Under the pieces are notes generated by a model, which searched no databases, had not been told where the DNA came from, and saw only the letters and a program-made list of their open reading frames with translations. A DNA stretch of 64,000 nt from Octopus sinensis (Eukaryota): assembly GCF_006345805.1 (NCBI RefSeq), contig NC_043004.1, positions 22,382,001 through 22,446,000 on the forward strand, given 5' to 3'. The position numbers and the translations under genes are program-made. Positions within the stretch are counted from its first letter, which is position 1; each line of letters opens with the position of its first letter. This document shows, piece by piece, positions 52,796 through 64,000 of the stretch.

Positions 52796-52872
52796 ACATG
52801 TGATCTCTTGAGCACCACCAGCTCAAATATCTTTTCCTCTGTCTTCCCTTCTTGGGATCTTTCCTTCTCCTT

Positions 52873-52907
52873 GTTTCCGACGAAGAGCTCCGCTGGAAAC
52901 GTTAAAC
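52873..52907 (+). ncRNA. Minimal hammerhead-like motif with CCGACGA core, in a pyrimidine-rich pLTR-like block (~52795-53010)
   Basis: GUUU / CCGACGA / A / GAGC-UCC-GCUG / GAAAC GUU / AAAC. Confidence 0.6.
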
Positions 52908-53016
52908 CCTCCTTCCCTTCTTTCCTGAGCGTCAATAATACTTTAATTGTTCCACGTCCTGCGTTGCTGTGTTTTTTTTCTCTTTTTTTTCTGTGTTTTC
53001 TTGTTTGGATTAACTT

Positions 53017-53048
<32 letters not shown>

Positions 53049-53244
53049 ATATCTATATATATATATATATATATATATATGCGTTTGTGATTGTGTGTGT
53101 GTACGTGACGGCTGTCCACTCTTGACCGAAGTAGATCATCATTAACCACTGTCTGCTGATGACTCATGAGCACGTCCACACATATTTTTGATGACGCTTC
53201 ACCACACTGGCGGTGCATGTTTGAGTAACTCGCTTAAAGTCTGC

Positions 53245-53410
53245 GTGAAAAATAAGTATTGCTTGCTTACCAGCCACATAGTTCCGGGTTCAGTCCTACT
53301 GCGTGGCACCTTGGGCAAGTGTCTTCTACTACAGCCTCGAGCCGACGAAAGCCTTGTGAGTGGATTTAGTAGACAGAAACTGAAAGAAGCCCGTCGTATA
53401 TATGTATATA

Positions 53411-53462
<52 letters not shown>

Positions 53463-53640
53463 GTATGAGTGTGTGTGTCTGTGTTTGTCCCCCCAATATC
53501 GCTGGACAACCGATGCTGGTGTGTTTACGTCCCTATAACTTAGCGGTTCGGCAAAAGAGACCAATAGAATAAGTACTAGACTTACAAAGAATAAGACCTC
53601 CAGCATGGCCACATTCACATGACTGAAACAAGTAAAAGAG
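53245..53640 (+). mobile_element. tRNA-derived SINE family A with internal (AT)n
   Basis: B-box-like 'gggttcagtcc', 'ccttgggcaagtgtcttc' and tail 'tgactgaaacaagtaaaagag'. Confidence 0.9.
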
Positions 53641-53968
53641 AGAGAATACCTACTCCTTCCTATATTTATTTCTTCTATTACCAGTGATGACAAGCATTAC
53701 TTTTCCAGTTGATTTCCCATATTCCAAATACATTCAACGGTTTATATGTTCCTGTCCATATGTATGTATACATTCATAAGAAGCGTTTCAAGGATTCTGT
53801 CCCTGTTGTAATTCGATCTCGATCTTCAAAACTTGTATTACTGCCAGGTGACAGAAGCAAGTGGAAGAAACCAATATACGAAGGATGTCACACATACCGT
53901 GCAAATTCAATAAGCTGAGCAAAGACCAGAAGTTGCCTTTAAGGTAGAGCAAGCATATTTAGATATTC

Positions 53969-54326
53969 ATTATTATTCAGGTCACTGCTTGGAATCGAAC
54001 TCGGAATCTTGGGGTTAGTAGCCCGCGATCTTAACCACTACACCATATGCCCGGGGCGTAGTGGTTAAGAGCGTGGGGTACTAACCCCAGAATTCCGAGT
54101 TCGATTCCAGGCAGTGACCTGAATAACAACAATAATAATAACATCGAAAAATACCTTAGGAATGAGAACCAAGTTTCGAAATTTCCCCAAGACACCTGAT
54201 GAAAGCTGGAGGAAATATCAGCCGAAACGTTGTGTTAACAACAAACAAGATGAGGACAACTATCCGTGAAAAGTAAATAATGTAAATAATGTATATAATT
54301 GTTCATCTCTTAAATATAGAACTGTA
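53969..54326 (+). mobile_element. tRNA-headed, hammerhead-containing SINE-like element with an inverted duplicate of its head
   Basis: Arms ~53974-54041 and ~54058-54126 are inverted copies of a tRNA-like head (gtagtggttaag; gttcgattcc). The right arm continues through an (AAT)-rich spacer to an HHR at 54191. The right boundary is estimated from a tgtaaataa-repeat tail. Confidence 0.8.
54191..54236 (+). ncRNA. Minimal type I hammerhead ribozyme motif
   Basis: GACAC / CUGAUGA (54196-202) / AAGCUGG-aggaaaua-UCAGCC / GAAA / CGUU / GUGUU. Palindromic AACGUU stem III. Confidence 0.75.
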
Positions 54327-56394
54327 ATAACATTCACATTTAAACATCTACCGACTGAATATAAAAATACAAACACACATACGCAAGCATATCCATGTAT
54401 TAAATATATATACACACTTAGATATACGTGTATTTATATGCATGTGTGAATGTGTACACGTTGTATACAGATACACACAGTTATATATATATACACAATA
54501 TGGCCGGCTAGTCAGGGACAAACATGACCATCACAGACGGAGTCACTTGTAATTGATTGTTCCTATGAACAGGAGACAGACAGTGACTCATGAAACCAGC
54601 GGGAGGCATACAAAGTTCTATGCAAAATCTACAATCCAAACGCGTGTTTTCAGCACAGGGATTAGATCTTTCGCGTGATGAGTCGTTAAAGGTTTTCAAA
54701 TGTCTCGTGAGTACAGTGCGTCGATTGCAGACTTCCCCGCATAAATCATGTAAATAATGTGAATGTTATTTATCGAACTAGCTCTAAATTTGGGAATTTA
54801 CTTTTCGTGGATTCACGTCAAATGTATGTGAAATATGAATATAAGATATGCAAGTATGAAAATAAATAACAGAAACTCGCCGCAAGGCGAACGCACAGCA
54901 GCAGAACTACCATCCGAATATAAGATATGGAGCTATGAAATTATTTTGTCCAATATATCACATTTAGTAAAAATAAATCTTCCCATTCAAGTACATATTG
55001 AAATATAATTATATACTCACAAATACTATATTATAGGACAGACATTCATATGCAACAACCTCATTACCATTTGATTTAGAATGAGCCATTCACTGCTTTA
55101 CTGAATTTCTTATGATTAGTGTAACAAAACACGACTATATATTTAGTCTTATTCTTTGAAAGCATGTGTCGTCCTTCCATTGCAAACTATTTCTTTTTCT
55201 CAAACCACTTTAGCTGATCCGATTTTTTAATGATGATAGATTTTGCTATGTAAGAGCTTTGTTTGGCATTTCTAATGGTTCAAATGGCCATGAGTGATCA
55301 AATTATGTGACCATATGGCGTTCTCAGCCTGAAAATACACCTCTTTCCCACAGGTGTTCGCCAGGTCCTCTACAGACTAAGAACAGTGCCTATGTGACTA
55401 ATATATTCAGGGATGATGGATCAAATTTTTAACCGGGACGGTCTTGTATTATCATTAGGATAACTTTGAAGACACATTCGAAATTTTACAGGTATGCTCT
55501 GAATATCACATATTTTATTTTAAACACTTTTAAAATCTCTTTTGATATCTGAATTCAGTTCAGAATGTTAAATATTATAACTAAAACAAAACTTAATGTA
55601 TAATAGAGTAAGACCAGCGAATAGCGAGTTAAAGAAAATATACTTAAATAAGATTTCAAATAATATAAATTAATTCGCTAAACTTTATCTTTTATATTTC
55701 AGATAACTTAAATCTAGATAACTTAAATCAAGTGAAAAATCTCCCCCAGCGATTATAGCAGAAAATATCTTTAGAACTTATTGAACAATGAACACATTCG
55801 AAAAACCTATTTCTATAGAATTCATCTTAATCAATAGATTTTCCAAATAACATATGAATCAAATTCCTTATGTATCATAAAGAAACTTGCAAATAAACAA
55901 AAACATTAAACTAAAGAATATCATTGTAAGAAACCATATATTCAGAAATGATGTTCGGATTTAGAGATATGACATCGTTGATGTGAAGGTATCTAAATTA
56001 GAAACACATACTTCTTGTGAGATGTCAACATTTCATTGCAAAAAGAAATGAAAACAGAAAGGAATATATTAAACATTAAAAGATATAACTTCTCAAGTGT
56101 TAGATTTGCATGAGGTGCAAATACAAGCATTTCTCTCATATATTCATTGTCAGCACTTCGTAACATTTGATATCGACACATATTCATATGGTAAAACTTA
56201 CATTGAATATGGTAATAAATATAGAAGTAATTGTGACAGAATATCTCCATATGAGCACATAAAACATTCAAGTATTTATACAAATATACATTTATACATG
56301 TGTGTGCATAAATATATAGAAGTGGAATCATGAATAAATATGAAGTATATATATATATATACACGTATATGTATATCTATATATATATATTCCC

Positions 56395-56476
<82 letters not shown>

Positions 56477-56492
56477 GGATAGATAGACAGAC
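56395..56492. repeat. (GATA)n microsatellite
   Basis: Directly visible. Confidence 0.97.
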
Positions 56493-56519
56493 AGTTCGGA
56501 GAAATAAGCATCGGATATG

Positions 56520-57100
56520 CTTTGTCCCACGCAAAACACTATATGATCTGCTCGGAGATATTGCAAGCTCTTCTGAATACATCACAATGGCGGGAACCCT
56601 TCTGTGTTATATATCAGTGTCACAAGTGCTTCGCATCTTAGCCTCTATGCTTTGCCAGAGTGGAGCAACGAATAAGGAATTAGTTTTCGCCAGTGAAAGG
56701 GTTCAACCTAAGGTCTCTTGTGTAGTAAAGCCAATTTGAGCGTGTCTCACCTGCTATGCCTATCTTTTCAGCTGTCTGAGAATAATAGCGCACAGTTCTA
56801 GCTTGAAGCTGTTGCAATCAACTTCTTTATATGATACAGCTGCGTGAAGTACCTTCAGCGATGATTTATTGAGTGAGCCCTAGTTTTCATTAGCTGCTCA
56901 AAAATCACGAATCTGCTCTTCCAGAGCGTTACATTTTCAATCAGTATGATTGGTTTAGTGGTTCTGGAGAGCAGGTACATGTCTGTTTTCGACTGACGTC
57001 ATCACTACTTGCTCTGTGAAGATGAGTCTATCATTCAGGTCTTTTTATATCTCCCAATCAGAGAATGAATTCCAAAAGAAAAACAGCTTCCCATCTGCTG
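56520..57100 (-). mobile_element. Possible decayed Tc1/mariner transposase relic
   Basis: Weak minus-strand echoes: TGEN*F (cf. TGDETW) and SEQII*CFAWDK (cf. S.GKVM..VFWD). Confidence 0.3.
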
Positions 57101-57185
57101 CGTTCGAATTAGGAGCCCTGTCACACCTCATATCTATATAGATATACATGTACATTTGTATACATATGTGCTTATTTAAGCCTAT

Positions 57186-57510
57186 AAAGAACCCCTTCGG
57201 TCCTGAATGACCATGGGATTGCACCTAGAATGTTACATTCTGAGGCACAAGTCCGTGCAAGGTTTTATGAACGATTAGCTGTCGCCCATGCATACCAGTC
57301 TCCCCTCTGAACGCCACAGATGTTAGCCAAAGAAAATGCAAAGGCCGATACAACTTGACACCAGTGACGTTGCAACTTATTTCTAAAGCTGAGTGAACTA
57401 GTGCAACGTAAATTAAAGTGTCTTTCTCAAGAACACAACACAAAACCCAGTCCGGAAATCGAACTCACTATCTCATGATAGTGAGTCCGACGCTCTAACC
57501 ACTGAGCCAT
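57186..57510 (-). mobile_element. tRNA-derived SINE family C, full length
   Basis: Minus-strand head catggctcagtggttagagcg...gagttcgatttcc (A and B boxes). Body homologous to 9101 and 44215. Confidence 0.9.
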
Positions 57511-57600
57511 GTACCACTCACGCGCACACACACACACGCGTCCAAAGACTCACAACATACACATACGCACACACACACACACACACATACACGCACACAC

Positions 57601-57642
<42 letters not shown>

Positions 57643-57644
<2 letters not shown>

Positions 57645-59445
57645 TCTGCTCCAGCTCGTATCCGTGCTCTGGGTTCGTCAGTTTCCATCCAGTCTCCTCA
57701 GCTAATGTTTGTGTCGAAAGTGACTTTGGAGTCCAATTCGGTGGTGAAAGAGTCGAGGGCAGAATTCGCACGGAATGGTCGGTGCACGTCGAGGATGTTG
57801 AAGATGCTCCTTTCCTCTCCTGCATTTTACTTCCCCGTTATTTTGTCTATTCTACTCGAAGGAGCTGGACCCATTCCGGTGTGCAGTCCTCTAGGTTGTC
57901 CAATCCATGGTAATCTGTTCTCATGAATATGGCGGGACGTTAGCGTGAGCCAACGTCCGTTTGAACTGGTCATTAAACGGCATTTCGGATCTTCTCTAGG
58001 TCTTTTTCCGAATACAAGGTCTCCTTAGAGCATGATCCTTGGGAGACGAGAGGGCTCCATTCGCGGGACGTGACCTACCCAGTAGATACGATGGCAAAGA
58101 ATGGTGGATTAGACACTTGGCAGTGAGGGCCGGCGAAGAACCTCGTTGTTAGTAACGTGATCTTCCCATTGTATGTTGAGGCCGTGTCGTAGCTTCGTTT
58201 GCTGGAAGCATTCAAGGCGCTTGAAGTCACGGCGGTAGAACGTCCAAACCTCATACGCGTAGAGTAGAATTGACAGGACAATGTCACGGAAGACCATGGT
58301 CTTTGTCCGGATAGTCAGTGGGTGATTGAAGAATACACGTTGGCTGAGCCTGCCGAAGGAGGAGTGGGCTGCCCCAATCCGGTTCTCCACACCCTTTCCA
58401 CAAGTGGAGTCTTCGACAGGATTCTTCCAAAGGACATGAAGTGTTCAACTTCTTTTTGGGATTGGCCGTTGATACTAATGCTTGTGGGTGGACACTTCTG
58501 GTCTGGTTCAGGTTCGATCAATGTCTTTGTCTTTAATGTGTTTACCTCCATACCGAAGCGTTCGTAAGCCGCGTTGTAAAGTTCGGCCGTTCTTTGTAGG
58601 TCATCTGCGCCTCGGAGTGGTATTGTCGTCGGCATACAGCATCCCACGGACTGCGATGGCGGAGATCCTCGTCTTTGCTCGGAGACTTGCGAGATTGAAG
58701 AGTCCGCCATCCCAGCAATAGCGTATGTTGATGGAAGGCGAGTCTATTGGGATTTCGTTGAACATGGCAGCCATGTACAAAGAGAAACAGGTTGGTGCCA
58801 GAACGCATCGTTGCTTAAGACCCCCAGTGATGGGAAACGGGTCTGTGAGGGCATTTTGATGGCATACCCTACCCACCAAACCATCGTAAAAGGAGCGTAC
58901 TAGTGCAATGAAGTCATCCGGACCTCCAAACTGAGCAAGGGCGGCCCACGTTGCAGAACGGGGGATATTATCAAATGACTTAGTGAGGACGTCTTACGGG
59001 AGGATAAAGAGATGATTGAGTAGGATGCGGACGGAGATCTTGCTTGCAATACTCAGTAGGGAAATGCTACGATGGTTGTTGCAATCCTCATTCTCCTTTC
59101 TTGTAGATGGTGATGATAGTTGCATCGTGGAAGTTGTTAGTGGGAGGGGGTATTGCTTTCCCAGATCTTGGGGATAAGGGGCATTAGATGATTCTCACCT
59201 CAGGACCTCCGAGCGTGAAAAACTCAAATGGGATGTTGTCTGGTCCTGGATTTTCTCCGGCTTCATGCGCACAAGTGTCTTGTTGAAATCTTAGCGTGAG
59301 GGTGGCAGGGATATCCAATGACGGATGGGGAGCCGTGGAGAGTTTTGGAGAAGATCGTCCGAGTGCATGAGTGGTCGTTAAGTAGGCACATGAAATGGGA
59401 CTTGCAGCGACCGAAGGGTCGGTTTGATAGACATGGTAACAGCTG
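57643..59445 (-). mobile_element. 5'-truncated, decayed RTE-clade LINE (RT and C-terminal domain)
   Basis: PGPDNIP.E, IYKKG...DCNNHRSISLLSIASKI, GLKQRCVLAPTCF, LYADD, RIGAAHSSFGRL, LLYAYEVW, WVGHVPRM, and terminal PCEFCPRLFHHRIGLQSHFRHKH* (stop ~57702). A short 3' UTR ends in (AT)n. Many frameshifts. Confidence 0.92.
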
Positions 59446-60514
59446 CTGCCATATCAGAGGAAACTAACGTTTCTTTTTCCTCTGGTATACACCATTCAGT
59501 CGTCCAGTGTAATCTAATATAAACTGCCGTTAAACATAAATGTAGCTAATTCGTTGTTGTTATCGTTCTTTGCTTCATATGTTTACCTAGATAAAATGCT
59601 AGGAAATACAGTTAACCAAGCAGATATTGACACTCCTTTTCATATATTTATAGGAGATTTAAAATACGTAGCTGCAGCCGTTTCCCTCTGACCGACTATT
59701 CATATGTGCCTTCGTGTAAATAGACACGACAGTGACATCACATTTAATCAATAAAACATTAAAATTGTCGATTTTTATATGAGATAATTTACTCTTCCGC
59801 AATAATCCCTATAGAATTGGTGATGAAATAAATAGCATATAACTATCTCCCTATGTTTAAGTGCTTTACACAAGATGGATAGCAAAATGGGGGACCGATT
59901 TTATTTGACATGTTTTCATAAAATAGTTCTCTTCTCAGAAACTTTTATGCTGATGATGATGGTGGTGATGATAAAAAATGAGTGTTATATTATGATTTAT
60001 TTTATAAGCTTCTGAAATTAATTGTAGAGAATTAATGTCGTTTACGTACGAGACTTTTAATCCCAAACTAAAACAGATCTCACTGCAAACCATAAGATAT
60101 TTTGACAGTAAATTATGAGGAATGAAAACAGGAAAATAATTGCAATAGTGAGAATTATGGGGCAATACAAGTGTGTACGGATGCGCATGTGTGTGTTTCG
60201 TTGGCATTCCACTCTGTTTTCTCACAGATAGCATTTCATACAACGTGTGACATCATGAAACGGTGAAGAAGTTCTTCAGTAAAGAAAGAGAAGAAATATA
60301 CAGGTAACATCAGAGATATATACGAGTTAGGAAAAAGGAATTTAGAACATAACAGAACCATAGTGCCTATTGTTACTGGATTCCAGGAAAAATAATTAAC
60401 ATTTGATAAATAGAAATGCTTAAGAGATTTAGGTCTTCCTTATAATTCTATAATTTATTAACATACATTCTGAGAGAATTACTGGTTTGATGACGCGTGC
60501 TAAACACTTCCATT

Positions 60515-60740
60515 AATAGAACAAGGCCTGAAATTTTGGGAGAGGGGCTAAGTCGACCTCTTCGACCTCATTGTTCAACTGGTACTTATTTTATCTACCT
60601 CAGTGCTCAGCTAGTACTTATTTTATCGACCCCGAAAGGATGTAAAGCGAAGTAGACCTCGGCAATATTAGAACTCAGAAAGTAAAACCGCATGAAATTA
60701 TAGTAAACACTTTGCTCAGCTTGCTAACGATTCCACCAGT
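60515..60740 (-). mobile_element. SINE family B (decayed, short internal duplication)
   Basis: 'aaggcctgaaattttggg...ctggtacttattttatc (x2)...cgaaaggatg...gctaacgattcc'. Confidence 0.8.
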
Positions 60741-61638
60741 CTATATGTTCACAGATTCAAATACACTTCACTTGTAATATGATAGGTTGGTTTATGTCGG
60801 TACTTGTCTACAACTTAATTGTATCGTTCCACAAAGGAATAGAGAGCATGTCCACCTCTACAGATGTTCAATGGTAAGCGCCAAATATGATTGGACGTAA
60901 TATTAGGAAATGTCTCTCTACCTTCCGTGCATTTTTTTATATTTTAGTGGTGGAATGATTGAATGGGGAATCAATTAGTTATATTGAGGTCTATTACAAC
61001 AGAATTAGTGGATAATTTTATATTTCTTTCCGTTTGCTATAAAATATTGATTATTGAGAATTTTCTTATAGCGGAATATTTAATTCGAATTAATTTGTAA
61101 AGTCATATATTACTTTTCTGGAGAAGAATATCTAATGGATGTTGATAATTGGATGCGTTATAGGTCAATTTATTAAGCTCATATTTACTGTAGAATGTGG
61201 TGAGAATGCACGTTGAGATACCAAATTTTTAAAAAAGGCTACCAAATTTTTTCTGATCTGTCACGTACTACAAAAATGTATCTTCCAACGGAAGAACATG
61301 CAGATTCATTAGTAAAAAAACAAGTCCCTATAGTAAATAAAAAAAGCGGGGTTATTATTACACCTTGAGTAAAAAAAAGAACCACTATTACATTATTTTT
61401 GGTAAGCAAGCAAAAGTAAATCAATAAAAAATGTGTATATATAAATATTTGTTTTTCGAAACTGGATCTCGAAGATCATAAATGCTATAAATAATAGCAT
61501 GTAAATATTTTGACAAACATTTCGAAAAGCGTGTTGACAAAATAGTTGTGGGTTTCAATTTTTTCTATCAAAAAGTTCCAAAACACAATTCTTTTTAAAG
61601 TTTCTCTCTAAAGTTTATAAATTCTAATGACGTAATCA

Positions 61639-61669
<31 letters not shown>

Positions 61670-62748
61670 ATAAACAGGCGTACATACATATAGTTTTATG
61701 CACACACACACATACACACATATATGTATGTATATATATATATATATATGATAATCGTCACATCAACACACAGCAAAATCCCTCTGTTGAATTTTAAGAC
61801 CAGAGTTTAAAACGTAAGTGACAGATACTATTCAAGTTCCTTCTATAAGTTTGCCCTTTGGAGTCTGATTCTGAAGGAATGTTTTAGTGAGCTAGCATAT
61901 GTCTTTTAAGTCCAGATATTGTCTTACACACACGCGCACACACAAACACACAGATACATGTATATGTATGTATGTATGTATATATGCATAAATGTATGTA
62001 CGTATGTATTCATGTATGTATGCATGAATACTCGCATGCAAGTATGAATATATGTATGCAGAGATGTAGGTAGAAAAATTGATAGATGTAGATGCAGATA
62101 TGAGTTGTCGTAAATTCTACTTTGAAAACATTTTACAATATTACGAAACGTTTTGCAGTTTTGCTGTAATGATGTTTAAAGGCTGTAGGAGGTAAGCTTT
62201 CAATATGTACATCCATTAAATAACAGCCTTTTTATGCATTCTTAGATCACCTGATGTGTTTCGTTCTCTACTGCTAAAGGATATTGCAGAGACTCTCGTA
62301 TAGGGAAATATATTTCACTTTGTGTGTAGATGAGTTTATTCAAAAAACAGCGTTGATTACATGGCTTAGTCTTATTTTATTGGGTTTGTCAAAACCTCCG
62401 TTTGATTTTTTTAAAACTGGAAATAATACACATGATGAAAACAATTATGTTTAGTGATTTGGATCAATAAGGAAAAGAAAGGCACAATCAAGACAGAATT
62501 GGAAGCTGGGGCATTAAAGCAAAGGCCAGCAAATACAGGGGAGGTGACATCAACCCCATGGACCAAGTTTGGCGTCAAAATCTGTAAACTCTGTGAGACA
62601 CCAGGATTATGTGCACGTACTCTTACATAAACAAAATGCGCTCAATGCAGGTGTGCATATGTATATGTGTGTGTGTGTGCCTGTATATATATATATATAT
62701 ATAAATATAAATATTCAAGGAATATTTTACAATAAAGTAAACAGACAA

Positions 62749-62815
<67 letters not shown>

Positions 62816-63214
62816 TAAATTAGAGACAAAACCACTATTAGGCAAATCAAACAATGAAAAACTTAAGCCAATACATATGATTATTTAATTTATATTATTT
62901 AAATATATAACAAAATTATTATATGTATATATATATATGCATATGTGAATCTGTATGTGTGCTTCTGTATGCATGTACACATGCGCGCATTTTTGGGTGA
63001 ATGTGCATGTACATATACGTACATATACGTACTGTAATTATAAATCCAATACATTCGCGTGTCGGTTCGTGTATTCTTATCACAGATTTTATAATTGTTG
63101 AGAGAGATGTCCCAACGTAAAACCAATGGCTGTATTGTTAACCCACAAATTAAGGATACTTATCCACCAATGTTTTGTTGAATACTCATCCCCATTGTTC
63201 TACATAAATGTCTG

Positions 63215-63271
<57 letters not shown>

Positions 63272-63299
63272 TAGAGGATACCGTGATATATAATCCTAG

Positions 63300-63615
63300 C
63301 GGGTACCATGTTTGCTATTATCGGTTATCAAATGCAGGCTGGCCACAGTAATATTAATGAAACTCAAGTCAGTTACAATTTATTATACTTGGTAAGACGT
63401 CACTTGGCAAATATCCTTATAAGGACTGCATAGTTCCCGTGTGCAGTGCTCTGCGGTAGAAACATGCGGTGGTCTTGCGGAAGAACATTATGATTAACTG
63501 TATAATAAAACTTGAATGTGCAATCCCCCGTTCTTCTGATCTTTACTAATTATCCTTACATATTCCACTGATGAGGCAAAGCATTTCTTATGCAGAGTCA
63601 GAAATCTGGAATTTG
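63300..63615 (+). mobile_element. Possible PLE 3' end with degenerate hammerhead-like motif at 63562-63612
   Basis: Frameshifted tail ...EEHY...NLNVQ (cf. E..FI....P.LN.Q), then AUUCCA / CUGAUGA / stem II / GAAAUC / UGGAAU. Confidence 0.45.
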
Positions 63616-64000
63616 GTATTATCCAGTAATTTTTCTTGCTAGTTAATTTTGTCTTTTTATCTTCTCTCCTGGTGCTGTATGAACATTTAATGTGGTTTCA
63701 GAGTCAAGTTTTGGCTACTATTTCCAGTTACCCTAAATTATAATTATATATATATATATCTACCCGTGTAGATACGCACTAACACTAAAATTCCCCAGTC
63801 GTACACTAACATCTGTTAATTTGACAGAAGTACGCGTTTAGACCAGAGATGTTCTTCCATCAGCATATTACAAAACTCTTTTGTTTTTTTTTGTTTTTTG
63901 TTTTGTTTTCCGTTCAGTAAACATGGAAATATGTACGTAGGATCAATTCGATGACATTTTCAGACGCATCAAAATTCTATTCTCTATTTTGTAAGAAACC

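Noticed and set aside
54056-54120. Apparent tRNA gene
   Set aside because: A and B boxes are present, but no convincing acceptor stem or poly-T terminator. It is a SINE-type head.

Overview
This is AT-rich, microsatellite-dense eukaryotic non-genic DNA. The repeat landscape resembles an octopod cephalopod genome, which is my inference from pattern recognition and not a database result. I cannot identify a host protein-coding gene, and nearly all listed ORFs are microsatellite artefacts. The window is layered mobile DNA: many decayed Penelope-like element (PLE) RT/GIY-YIG fragments, three R4/Dong-type LINE copies all sitting in (TAA)n tracts, a decayed Ty3/Gypsy pol, a 5'-truncated RTE LINE, a non-autonomous Helitron with clean termini, a mariner-like end and several SINE families. 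The main finding is eight minimal type I hammerhead-ribozyme (HHR)-like motifs from several families. Two pairs form head-to-head palindromes; one pair carries a compensatory G3:C8 core swap. One motif sits in a tRNA-headed SINE-like element. Also notable are a Ulp1-like protease relic abutting PLE sequence and a strong candidate recursive splice site (polypyrimidine-CAG|GTAAGT). Element boundaries and translations were done by eye and are approximate.
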